In this document: one piece after another, positions 49,651 to 62,109 of the stretch | Layout: each line of letters starts with the position of its first letter | Position numbering within the stretch: position 1 is the first letter of the stretch | Program-made: the position numbers and the translations under genes | Notes under the pieces: model-generated | Databases searched by the model: none | Told to the model about the DNA's origin: nothing | What the model saw: only the letters and a program-made list of their open reading frames with translations | DNA from: Anolis carolinensis | Lineage: Eukaryota | Direction: 5' to 3' | Assembly: GCF_035594765.1 (NCBI RefSeq) | Contig: NC_085841.1 | Coordinates: forward strand, 62,231,636-62,295,635 | Length of the DNA: 64,000 nucleotides

Positions 49651-51224
49651 CTGGAAAGCGCAATAGGAGGCAAGGACAGAGGCTAAGGGTAGGCAGGGCA
49701 GGGCAGCGATGAGCGGAGGACGAGGGCAGAATGAGGCAAGAGGAAGCCCGGAAGAGGCTGAGAGGCAGCAACTGTCCAGTTGCCTGGGGAGACATTGTGA
49801 CATCAGAGGGAGGGGAGGGAGGGGGAGGGGGAGGGAGGGGGAGGCATCATGACATCATAGGGGAAGGGGGGGCTGTTGGGGGTTGTGGGTCCTGGGAAGA
49901 TGCTTGTGGAGAAAGAGAAGAATGGGGGGCATTCTGGGAGCCTTCTGAAGAGGGAGGCTGCCATCTTTGCCTTCCTCTGACTCTGAGAATGGGATTTGCA
50001 CCAGGGGCTTCCAATGGTAGAATGACACATCCCGGACCTTTTTTATTTTCCAAAATTGATAGTTTGCAAGTTGCAAATAGTCATATGAATCAGTCAATCA
50101 GGGAAAGATTATCTCACTTTCCACAGAAAGGAAGGGATATATTAGACATTCTGCCCATGTTTCTCCTTTGCTCTGTTATTATTATGTATGAAAAAATTGC
50201 TGATAAAATTTAGAAATGGCAACACTCGGTATTGTTGTTGTTTTTGGTTCAATAACTAACATGCAGTCTTATTGCTATAGGACCATACCATCTGCTAAGG
50301 AAAAAGTGAACTGAGGGTTGCATTTACACTAATGACTGTTTCACCATTCTTTACCTGAGCGAACAGACCATTTCCATTCAGGGTGGGTAACAAAGCATCA
50401 GCAGAAATAAATGTAGGATCTTATTTTATTCTGTGTGTGTCTGTATGTAGGCACTTCCTTTCATTTTTTTTAAATCACCTATTGAAAGGAAAATACTGTG
50501 ATTTTGTTTCAAAAGATCTTTTGTGCTGAGCTGACACTGTACATTTAAATATCTATTGCTTCCTCTATCATTTGCATTTTAATGTTCCAAACCAATAATC
50601 ATGAAACCTTCTGTGAAGATGTGGAATAATAAGAAGAACAGGAAGAACTTGGGATCTGATTGGTAGCCTCCTTTAAAATTATGCCTTAGAGGTGGCAGCT
50701 AGTTAATAGGCATTTCAGAAACTGTTTAAATTAATAGGGCACTTGTGGGTACTGCCTGGTAATGTCATGGGAGTCTGGAGCACTCTCATTTATCTGGCAC
50801 ATAGTGGATGGGCACTTTTGCTTCCAAATGAGTGGTGGGAGGCAGGAAGGAGAAAGGGATAATGTTGGCAGCCTTTCTGATGCATCAATTTGTTTTAAAT
50901 TTAGTGGCACAAGGCTAAGCATATGAAAATGATCCATTCTACGTCATCTTTGAGTTCTTTGCTCCTCCATGGTTTGTAGAGGAAGTGGGTAAGTACAACG
51001 TGGTAGAGTCTGTATTATTGTTTCACAGAAACAGGCAGCACAACATGCTCAGAAATAAGACCAGTTCATCTTGTATGGCTTCAAATCAAGCCATCCAAAA
51101 AGAAATTATGCACTACCCCAAAAATCAGGCACAGATCTGCATGAATTTTGTATATGCTAATTTATTTGCCCATGTCTAAATTAAATAATTGCAATAATTT
51201 CAATACATTGCACCATGGTGAAGA

Positions 51225-51550
51225 AATGTGGTGCCGGAGGAGACTTCTGATGATATCATGGATGGCTTAAAAGATAAATAAATGGGTCCTAAAGTAAATG
51301 AAGACTGAACAATATTTAAAAGCCATGAAGATTCAACTGAGGCTGTACATATCATGAAAAAGCATGATTTACTAGAAAAGACAAAGATGCTTGTAATGCT
51401 TGTAAAGGTCACAGGAAGCAGGAAAAGAAGACTGCATTACAAGTTGATAGACTCAATGGCCCTGTATTTTGGCTCCCTGAAGAGAGCTTTTTATGACTGG
51501 GTGACTTGGTACTCACATTCATAAGGTCATCATAAGTGGAATAATAATAA
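51225..51550 (+). mobile_element. Old RTE-type LINE 3' end
   Basis: ctagaaaagacaaagatgctt...ggaagcaggaaaagaag...cattcataaggtcatcataagt + (aat)n. Confidence 0.6.
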
Positions 51551-53034
51551 GAGTGAAGAAAACTATGACCAGGTGATCTCTGTGTCTGCTTAGTCTGTGG
51601 TCCAGGTGCTCTCTTTTTGTAGGCAACTTCAAGAACTCTACTTTCCCTTCTGATAGTTCTTTAACTTTAAACTGAATAAAAATCTACTCATCCTTGTTTC
51701 CTCATTTGGAGCCTGAGGAAAACAGCAAGAACAGGTATTCACATACCTATAATTTTATTTACAAAATATTTGAATGGCATGGCATGGCTTGAGCACTGAA
51801 CAGTAATATAAATTAAACACACATCATATTTTACTGAAATGATTTTACAGTTGATTCTCTGTATCTATGGAATTCTGCATCACAGATTCAGCTACACACA
51901 ACTGGAATTTTTCCAAAAATTAAAAAAGCAAACCTTGGCCATTTTTGCCATTTTATATGAGGCATGTTCAGAAAGTATCCAACCTTTACTGAGATACAAC
52001 AATCTTACATTAATCTCCTTCAAAGGAGTTCCCTTGGGCTGCCACACACTTCTCCCAACGGTTCTACCACTATCAAAAGCAGTGCTGAAATCCCCCTTTG
52101 GAGATAGCGCATAGCTCATCAATTGCATTTTGCACAATGTCTTTTCTGGACTGAAATCTGATTCTTTTCAGGGACATTTCAGGTTGCGAAAAAGACAGAA
52201 GCCACATGGAGCCATGTTGGGAAGGTAGGGAGCCTGACAAAGAATAGGTGTGCTGTATCAAACGGTATCAAATGTGAAGAATGGGCGGGTGCATTATTGT
52301 GATGGAGCTGCCAATTGCCCACTGCCCACAGGTCCAGCCATTTGTGTCTCACAGTGTTACGAAGGTGACACAGAACCTCTTGGTAATACTCTTTGGTGAT
52401 GGTTGTGTGGTGCATACTTGTGTCAAAGAAAATGGACAGTGTGACCTGCCTTGCTTTTTGGGGGGGGGGGGGCTAAGAGATGTTGGATGTTTCCATTGTG
52501 ATTCCTGCAACTTGGTTTCTGGGTCGAACCCATAAACCCAGGGCTCATCACCAGTGATCACTGTGTTGAGGAAGTAGGGATCACTATTCAGTCTGCAGCA
52601 TGTCCTGTGTGATCTCCAAATGGAGTTGCCTGCTTGGTCATTAGCAGCTTTTGCATGAACTATGTTGAGATTCTCCTGAAGCCCAAATCCTCAGTCAAAA
52701 TGGAATGCATGGATGCTGATGCTCGCCTTGTCTGCAAATTCTCTGATCATGATACGATGATCCTGTATCACCAGGGTCCTCACTTGGTCAAGGGCAATCT
52801 CATTTCTGGATGTTGAGGGCCTACAATGGTGCCCATTGCTTCATCCCCAAAGGCTTGTTGAATCTCGCAGATCATTTCCACTTGGGAGTCACCAAACTTT
52901 ACACAAAATGTAATACAGTAGCATTATTCAAGTTTTTCTGTCATTTTATCAAAAATAAAAATCAGACTGTGCTCACTTACACTTCCTCACTCATCAGCTG
53001 TCTACCTGCAAATGACAGCTTCTGCAGGCAGAAA

Positions 53035-53285
53035 TTTATTTATTTATTTATTATTTAATACATTTATATCCCACGCTTCTCACCCCGAAGGGGACTCCGA
53101 GCGGCTTACAAATTAAATTTACATACAATATTATATTATTAGCATAGCACAAGACTGGCAATAAATTACCATATTGTACTATATCTATATATTGTAATAT
53201 TATTAATAATATTACATGTAATATATAATATATAATTAATATTATTATATTGTATTATTAGTATTATATTGTATTACAAAATATT
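53035..53285 (-). mobile_element. L2-type tail with AT-rich body, inserted in the mariner and running into the gap
   Basis: (attt)n then tcccacgcttctcaccccgaaggggactccgagcggcttaca. Confidence 0.7.
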
Positions 53286-53414
53286 NNNNNNNNNNNNNNN
53301 NNNNNNNNNNNNNNNNNNNNNNNNNNNNNNNNNNNNNNNNNNNNNNNNNNNNNNNNNNNNNNNNNNNNNNNNNNNNNNNNNNNNNNNNNNNNNNNNNNNN
53401 NNNNNNNNNNNNNN
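53286..53414. other. Assembly gap
   Basis: Run of n. Confidence 1.
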
Positions 53415-54717
53415 CATTAGGATCACCTACATGTGTGTACCAAACCACACCTCCTTAGCTTCATTTGTTTATACACAGAAAAATTATGGTTGGGTAGTTT
53501 TTGAACACACCTCATATATGGTACATCATTTTATATGCCATTGTTTATACTGGGATTAGAGCATCCATAGATTTTGGTATTCACTTTGGTCCTAGAAGTA
53601 ACCTCTACTGCATTTAAATGGTACAATCATACTCAGCAGTGGTCACAAGAAAAAGTCTTGCAGCACTTTAAATACTAACATGTTTCCTCACAACCTTTCC
53701 TTGCTATCCAAGAGTGGTCCATGATGTGGGGAGCTTGCTCTTAAAATACCACCATCACTAGTTGAATCATGAGTCACCAGTGCAAGCATAATTGAAAATT
53801 GCCCAAGAGGTTCACAATAAGGATAACACACAGTAATCACACGGTTTAACCATCTGCATTCAATCTGTTTTCAGGCACAGATGCTTGCCCATTTTGAGCA
53901 TTGTGAGGCAACCTCCAAAGTGACCTTCACCTTCCTAGATAACTCCTTTAAACTTAAAATAGTAGCATGATGCATTTGGAGAAAGTATATTCCCATTGTT
54001 AGATGTGAAATTTCACAAATGACTTCTGCAGCAAAGCACAACCCATTCCCAAAATAAGATATTTTCCCCCATTGCACTAGACTTTCTATCATTCTGTGGG
54101 GCACTTTTATAAACCAGAAGGCATGTTTCTTTACTTGAGTTTGATCTAAATATCATGACAAAGTAGTCTGATATTTTGTCTCTGCAGACATAAGACTGTC
54201 ACAGAAGGCATATGTACTGTATGCAGTCACAATACACATCATAATCTCAAACAACTCATTAAAAATAGACCCTCTCCTTCTCTCCCTGGTGAATGATTTA
54301 CCCTTTAATGGAGCATTTGGTGTGCAGCATATAGCCTCAGGTTGTTTGATTTAAAGAAGATACATTTTTGATGGCTGATTTTAAGATATTTCCCCTGCCT
54401 CATTTTACACTTGAAACTTTCCTAATATTCCTACAGATGTTATTTTGAAAAGAAATCTCAACCAAAAGACCATTCAACAGAGCTATACATTTGTTTGGTG
54501 AAAAATTAAAAGTGTTTGTTTTCGTTATTATGGATGGCTTTACCTATTTGTCCATCTGTCTGTTTATCTATCTTCTCTGTAAAATCAGGAAAGGTTGTTG
54601 CTACAGGGAAGGGGGATCACTGCATCATATTTGGAAGGAAACACAAGCGCCATGTGGCCCAGCCCCCTTCCATGGAGGAATACAGAACTGCTGAAAGATG
54701 CTCATCCAATCAATTTT

Positions 54718-54858
54718 TCCACACTGCCAGATAATCCAGGTTATCAGCAGAAAATCCACATTATCTGATTTGAACTGGATTATCTTAGTCCACACTGCCA
54801 TATAATCCATTTCAAAGCAGATAATGTGGATGTTATACGACTGTGTGGAAGGGGCCTC
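54718..54858. mobile_element. Harbinger-like palindromic MITE
   Basis: Same family as 44537 and 59005; right end ctgtgtggaaggggcc. Confidence 0.75.
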
Positions 54859-54884
54859 CAAGTAAATATACAAGTGTTTTCATT

Positions 54885-55950
54885 TGTTCTTGATTTCCAT
54901 ACCTCTTCAGGACATGGTCCAGCTTGTCAATATCCTACTTATACTGTGGTACCTAGAATTGGACACACTATTCCAGATGGCCAAAGTACAATAGGGGGAA
55001 TAGTAGCTCCATTCCCAGAATTATATTGGTTGTCTTGGCTGCTGCATCATACTGTTGGCCCATATCGAGTTTGTGATTTACTAAGACTCCCAGATCCTTT
55101 TCATATATATTACTGTCAAGCTAGGTATTACCCATGCTATTTTTCCTGACTAGATGTAGTTCCTTACACGTATCCCTTTTGAAATTTACTTTGTTAATCT
55201 TTGGCTCTCCAAACTGTGATGGTCAGTTGGAATTCAGTTCCTGTCCTCTTGGGTATTAGTAACTCCTCCTAATTTGGCGTTATCTAAAAATGTAATATGC
55301 ATGCTTTCTATTCCAGTAAATTATTTATAAAGATATTAAATAACACTGAGCTCAGAATAAAGACCTAATGCACCCCACTAGTAATATCTCTCTATGATGA
55401 AGAAGAATCATTTATGTGTATTTTCTGAGTTTATTTTGCCAACCAATCACACATCTACCTAATTGTAACACTGTCTAGCTCACAATTCATCAACTTGCCT
55501 GCAAAAATATTATGGGAACCTTGTCAAAAAGCCTTAGTGAATCCAAGATATACTAAAGTAGATTATATCCCTTAATCTACTAAACTTGCATCCCAAGCAA
55601 AAAAGGGATTAGTGTAACATTATTTGGTTTAAGAATCTATGCTTAGTAATCTTAATAACAACAACATTCCTTTCTAAATGTACACAGAATGTTTAATTAT
55701 TTGTACAAAAACTTTCCTTGGTATCAATGCCAAGCTGGCTAGTGGGTACTTGATTGGGTCCTCTTCTTTGCCCTTTTGAAGTTAGGGACAACATTTTCCA
55801 TCTTCCAATCTCCTGGGACCTCTTTCCTCCAATAATTCTTAAACGTATTATTGACAGTGGTTCTGAGATTACATCTGTGAGTTCTATTAATACTCTTAGG
55901 TGCAGTCTGTCTGGCTCTGGAAACTAGGTTTCATTTAGAGTAGCTTAATA
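54885..55950 (-). mobile_element. Old CR1 fragment
   Basis: Co-linear degraded match to the CR1 at 31075-32270 (cagcttgtcaatatc...agaattggacac...ctaatttggcgttatct...). Confidence 0.8.
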
Positions 55951-57508
55951 TTTATTTATTTACTCCTTCTTTAACTATTGTAACTGTAGTCTCCTTATGG
56001 CATGGTTTCTCAGTTTCCATTGGTTACACCACTGTTTCTTTTAGAGGGGAAATGACACAAAAATTCTACTGAACAGTTGGGTCTTTTCTGTTTTTCCTCT
56101 GTAGCATTTCACCATCTTTGTTATGCAATGATCCAATTTTCTTGTTCTGGGTGGGTGGGTCCTCATGAAAGTAATCAGTTGCCTGACTGGCTGCTAAGAA
56201 TAAAAATGAAAGTAAAACCTTACATATTGTTATTGTTGTTATTATTTTTTCCTTCCTTGACAATAACTGGAAAACTCCTAAAGGACTGGGTATAAACAGA
56301 TTTAGAATGAAAGTATGATGAGCACATATGAGCAAAAGAACAGAAAGATATTAATGTATTTTAGGTAACATGGTTCTCATTTATTTCTTCTGTAAATAAA
56401 ATGAGAGAAAAAGTCATATTCCACTGACCAACAGGTCTATATGGGAAGAATTGATACAAGAGAACAAATAACTCCACATGGATTAATTTTGCATTTCAAA
56501 ATCATGAAAACATAACTCATGTTCGATGTAGCTATGATATTATTAATGTTTCCGTTTTGTTGTTCTACCTTTTTATGTTGATATTTGGCAGCAAATGTGA
56601 AGGGAAGGCAGGCCAGTTGGATGGAACAGCAGGTGGTTTGAATGACTGAGTACAGTAACTCATATTGTGTTCCTATATCACAAATTTGGCATTGTTACAT
56701 AGCAGCAGGGAAACTGTTTCTAGTGGGCTGTGGTGTGTGCGTGTGCCTTCTCCCCCATAGTTACCTCTTTATTTCGCTCCCTCTCTATAGACTGCAAAGG
56801 TCACAGCCGGAGAGTTCTGCTGCCTTCACTAATAAGTTTTTGAAATGGAGTACACTTCTCAGCCTGCTTTCCCCACACAGACATCTTGCAAAAGACAGAA
56901 TGATTAGCTTGTCTGCAGATGGGATTTGGAGAAATAGTGGCGCTGTTAGAAAGGCTCTGATATTCAGTGGATTGATTGAGGTACAGTAGATTCAAGGACA
57001 AGCTGACATATCCTCTGATTCTTGACAGGTTTTTAAGCAGGAAGAAATGCTGGTGGAGGTTAAAAGTGAAGCATGGATACATCCCGTGGACATAACTGGA
57101 TAGCTGTTCACTGCTTCAGCAGACTGTCATTCATGACTTGCTACAGGCAATAGCACCAGGAGGTCAGCACTGCAAATATAGCTCTATTAAATATGCAGTG
57201 CCACAAACGACAAGGTATGAATAAAAACTTCTCACCTGGAAAATGTGCCATGGAACAATACATTGAATACTTGAACATTAGGTTTGTTTTGCAGCAAAGA
57301 TTTATATTTCCTTTGGGCACTGATGCTTGCAATGTTTGGGCCGATGCCAGTATCTCAGCCAGATCCATTGGTGAAGTCTTCCCTAAATCCCACTTCAAGA
57401 ACAAAGAATTCCAAAACATCATTCTAGTGCCCTGAGCCATGTTTGATGGAATTGGATTTTGCCAACATTTGGATTTTCTACAGTGCCCCAAAGCAATTTC
57501 CTTTAGGG

Positions 57509-57643
57509 CAGTGGTTCTCAATCTGTGGGTCCCCGGGTGTGTTGGCCTACAACTCCCAGTGATCCCAACCAGTTTACCAGCTCTTAGGATTTCTGGGAGT
57601 TGAGGGCCAAAACATCTGGGGACCCACAAGTTGAGAACCACTG
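57509..57643. mobile_element. Palindromic hAT MITE
   Basis: TIR cagtggttctcaa / ttgagaaccactg. Confidence 0.88.
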
Positions 57644-57835
57644 AGCTAGAGCCTAATTTCCAGAACACTGTCCAACTATCAGTCAGGCCTAGATAGGTCC
57701 AACAAATCTCACTGACAGAGATGGGAGGTTAGGAAGGGAAGATTTTCTACACACTCTTCAAACCTGGCAAATGTGAGAGTAATAGCAATATTGTTGAAGT
57801 GGGAATGATTGTATATAGAGTTGTTTAAATGTAAT

Positions 57836-58061
57836 TGAGTCATGTGTGCAATGTGTGCTGGGGATTGCATCATACACTGTGATTGCATCATGCACTGTCT
57901 GCTGTTCACTATGCAAGTGTGTAAAGAGTTAACTGTGTGTTGCATCAGACAGCAGGGGTGATTATAAATAGGTTGCTGTGTTATCTGCTTTTCCCTCTGC
58001 CCTCTGCTCTCTGCCTATTTGCACTCTGTATGTATCGTCTTGTGGATTTCCGTTTGTAAGT
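57836..58061 (+). promoter_or_regulatory. Candidate TATA promoter with C/EBP-ATF (CARE/AARE) cluster and short first exon
   Basis: TGAGTCA 57836-57842; ATTGCATCA 57864 and 57882, GTTGCATCA 57939; TATAAATA 57963; GTAAGT 58056. Confidence 0.5.
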
Positions 58062-58589
58062 AAATCTTTTATAGATAGCCAAAAGGCTGCAGCCTCGTTT
58101 ATTGGTGCCAGCGTTTCTTCTTCGTTGATCTTCTGCTGCATGTGTGTTTATCCAAACCGCGCACTCTGACAAATATGACCAATAGAAGGAGACTAATGAA
58201 AACCTGGAATATGATGACAAACCACTGGAGACTATACACTGGGTCATCAATATGTGTCGCATATGTCGATGCTGATCTGCGATAGGGGTACTCGGGATTA
58301 CCATTACTATTGTTGAACTGGCCCTGGGGTTGATGGATGTCTGCACTAGCAGCTGGATGGTGTCCACACAGCCCAGTAGCAACAGAACCGCTTTGGGTAC
58401 TGCCAGACCTTCACCTTGCCCTTATCGATCTAGTGTTTGCAGCAACCCCCAGCATGAAAATGGTGATGGGTGCTGCTTGATGCATATTGTGACAATAGCT
58501 GGAATGACAGAGTAATCAGAGAGCAATTACTTTCTCCAATCACTGCATTGCTCAGGCTATCATCACAACAGTTCCTGAGCAATAACCAT

Positions 58590-58751
58590 TGCCATGGATT
58601 TTAACTGCAATTTTTAAAATACCTTTGATATTTAATTTTGTTTTAATGTTTGTATATTTGCAGATTTTAAATGGTATTGCAATGCTTTTAATGTAAGATG
58701 TTTTGAGTCTCATTGTGGAGAAAAAAAGTGGGATATATGTGTATCTATCTA

Positions 58752-58788
<37 letters not shown>

Positions 58789-58812
58789 CTGTCTATTTAT
58801 CTATATGAATAA
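58590..58812 (+). mobile_element. L2-type tail with (tcta)n microsatellite
   Basis: tgtaagatgttttgagtctc...(tcta)n...aataaata. Confidence 0.65.
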
Positions 58813-59004
58813 ATATTTTCATGCCGAGTGGTCACAGCAAAGCCCAGATCAACAGAGGGGTGTCAGTGCCATCCACTTTTCCAGGGCTGCCCAAGCTTGG
58901 GAAAGGGAACAAACAGTGGCAAATATTTCAAATAGGGATGGGAAGCTCTCATATTAAAGTAAATGGATGTCATGCATTGTCCCTTTCACTGTTGGGCTGA
59001 CTCA

Positions 59005-59152
59005 GGCCCATTCTACACTGCCACATAAAATCCAGATTATCTGCTTTGAACTGGGTTATATGGCAGTGTAGACTCATATAATCCAGTTCAAACGAGATAA
59101 TGTGGATTATCTGCTTTGATAATATGGATTATTTGGCAGTGTTGAAGGGGCC
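59005..59152. mobile_element. PIF/Harbinger MITE
   Basis: TIR ggcccattctacactgcca / tggcagtgttgaaggggcc; TSD tca. Confidence 0.85.
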
Positions 59153-59805
59153 TCAGATAGCCTATGTAGATGGGAGTAGCTATGTTTTTTCCCCAATGGG
59201 TCAATAGTAGCACTAATGCAAAGGTGTTGGATCATAAAACTGGCCTAAAGAAAACTCTGCATCCTCTAATTATATGTGGCATTTTATCAACAGCAGCAGT
59301 AGCACAAGAATGATCCTGGATCTTCTTTAATTGTGCTGAGATAAGCATTGGGATGGAGTAATTTAAAGTGGATTCAGTGCTTTGGGCATGAAAATTAGCT
59401 GGAGGGTTTCTTAAAACCAGTTCTAGTAGCATATGCAAAATGACTCACCACTAGAGATGAAGTGATTATAATTAATCTCTTGACAAAGCTTACTTAAGGA
59501 AGGAATCCTGCTTTGGGATGAATATCAGCCATAATGTTCCATGAAATCCTGCCTGTTTTATGCTATTTTACTAGCAAAACTTCAGAAACATTTGAGAGCA
59601 ATTGATAGAGAGGAAGCCATCATTCATTTAACGTTTAAAACAATACACTTTATTTGTAAGAATTGATAAGTGGAAATTAAGAGATAAATTTGTTGTTAAT
59701 TTGGGAAGAGCACAATTTAAATTGTTGTATTAATTGTTACATAATTATTTCATTAACTACATCACTGGTTTTTCAATAAACCATGTGATTTATAGAGAAT
59801 GATAT

Positions 59806-60122
59806 AGGTAAAGGTTTTCCCCTGACGTTAAGTCCAGTCATGTCTGACTCTGGAGGTTGGTGCTCATCTCCATTTCTAAGCTGAAGAGCCGGCATTGCCC
59901 ATAGACACCTCCAAGGTCATGTGGCCGGCATGACTGCATGGAGCGCCATTACCTTCCTGCCGGAGCGGTACCTATTGATCTACTCACATTGGCATGTTTT
60001 CGAACTGCTAGGTTGGCAGGAGCTGGAGCTAACAGCGGCCGCTCACGCTGCTCCCGGGGATTGAACCTGGGACCTTTCGGTCTCCAGCTCAGTGCTTTAA
60101 CGCACTTCACCACCGGGGCTCC
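59806..60122 (-). mobile_element. Sauria SINE
   Basis: Reverse-complement homolog of 29438-29772; imperfect TSD tagagaat(g/t)at..agg. Confidence 0.92.
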
Positions 60123-61765
60123 TAGAGAATTATTCAGGTCTACATCTTTGTAGACCTTTGTAGCTGATAGGAAAATGTAGTACAGGGAGCAACTATGACA
60201 ACTAAACATTGTAAGCCACCCTGAGTCCCTTATGGGGATGGGATACAAATAAAATTTGTACCCCACCCTATCTCCCTAAGGGGACTCATGGCGGTTATCA
60301 AATAAAGCACACCAAAAAATATAGAGATGAGTAAGATTAAATGCAATGGCAAAAGGATATCTTTGACCACTTAAGGGAGCACCGCTCCTAAAAATTCTCT
60401 ATTTTGCCCCTGGAATGCTTCTTTTAAGATGAGGCCTTCTAGTATACTGGGACATGATTTTAAAAACATGAAATACTTCTTACATCATAAATGTTTTGCC
60501 CGTGTGCAACTTTAGTGGAGACATCTGATGATTTCTGGACTTAAAATCAAGTGATACCTTTGTCTTTAATAATCTTGTAATCCAATTTTAAAGTACAAAG
60601 AAACCCCTCTCTGGATTAACATATGATGGATCTGCTTAGTGCACCAATCACTTCGTCAGTTGACAACTTCCTTGGTTGTTCAGTGATGGGTAAAGATGAC
60701 TGATGAAAGAGGAAGTCACTACAGGAGTTATAAATATGTAACCAAGAGTTATGGATCTTCCCCTGTGTAGACAAAAACAAAAAACAAATTGAAAGTTAAT
60801 ATGTCTTTCATGCCATTTCTTTAAATTTACCAGAGAGCTGACTGTCTTTCAGCTAAAGACAAAGAAACATAGTCTATATTTAATTTTAAAATGTGTAATA
60901 AATATCTACTCAGTCAGTCTATAATATGAGCCAGCAAAGGAATTCTTGATTTCAAAGCTAGTCTTCATAAGGACCTACCCATCAGGCATCCAGATTTTGC
61001 CATATGTGACATTTTCTACAAATGCATCGAGGCTCTCAAGATAGCTCCAAACTACACTTTTATCTATTAATTTTCTGTCTTTGTTATTGTCAGGAAAGGC
61101 AGAATTGACGTGGCACGCAAATAGCTTGCAGCAAAACCTGATTGGTTCCATCAGAGGTGCTGAAAAGGGTTTCACTAAAGTGTAAGCTTTACCGCTTGCT
61201 GCCTACATCTATGGATCAGTGATAATACTGAGAGACAGGGCTGCTGGAGCTTTGAGCCAAGCTGCTGCATTTGTAAGGCTCAGGGCATACTGCCGTATGC
61301 AGAAAAAAGCCCCATGTATGTACTGTATTAACATAGATCTTTGCTTTGCCTAACAAAAGTGGAAGCTTTCATGGTCACAGAACATGATCTGCCCTTCTGT
61401 CAAATTGCCATTGTTTTGTATAGGCGCACTCGGGAAAACAGTAACACCCATAAGGCATGGCAGAGTCAGAAGCTTTCCTTAGAATTCTCCTATCTAGCTT
61501 TCTTTGAACCTCCTCAGGCAACTTGTTTTCAAACAGCATTCCCATGAGAAATTGCTCTACAGTTTAACAGCAGGTCCCCTTATAGTTCTCTCTTGGCTTT
61601 ACAACCTGTGTTTCTCCCTCCTTCACTGAATTTATTTCTATAGCTGAGTATCTCTGTCGCCCTGTTGACAATAAGATATGGAAATGTGGACCCTGAGAGC
61701 TATTGAACGAGATGGTATTCAAGGATGCAAAAGTGTGAGATTATCTGTAATCCTCAGGTGTTATA

Positions 61766-62109
61766 CAGTAGAGTCTCGCTTATCTAACATAAACGGGCCG
61801 GGAGAACATTGGATAAGCGAAAATGTTGGATAATAAGGAGGGATTAAGGAAGGCCTATTAAACATTAAATTAAGTTATGCTTTTACAAATTATGCACCAA
61901 AACATCATGTTTTACAACAAATTGACAGAAAAAGCAGTTCAATATACGGTAACGTTATGTAGTAATTGCTGTATTTATAAATTTAGCACCAAAATATTGC
62001 AATGTATTGAAAACATTTGACTACAAAAACACTGACTACTAAAAGGCAAACTGTATTGGATAATACAGAACATTGGATAAGGGAAGGTTGGATAAGCGAG
62101 ACCCTACTG
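61766..62109. mobile_element. Tc1/mariner (Tigger-like) MITE
   Basis: TIR cagtagagtctcgcttatc / gataagcgagaccctactg; TA TSD. Confidence 0.92.

Larger units (their letters stand above)
51958..53514 (-). mobile_element. Mariner transposon with decayed transposase, nested in a Tigger-like MITE
   Basis: TIR tgaggcatgttcagaaagtatccaacc / ggttgggtagtttttgaacacacctca, TA TSD; ITGDEPWVYGFDPETK, YYQEVL, HHNNAPAH remnants. Confidence 0.9.

Noticed and set aside
53245-53559. ORFs spanning n runs
   Set aside because: Artefacts of the assembly gap
57141-57668. 175-aa minus-strand ORF
   Set aside because: Begins in a palindromic MITE; no recognisable domain
57981-58382. ORF containing ILMTQ, suggestive of a second Ig V
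   Set aside because: No V framework (no correctly spaced Cys, FSGS or YYC)
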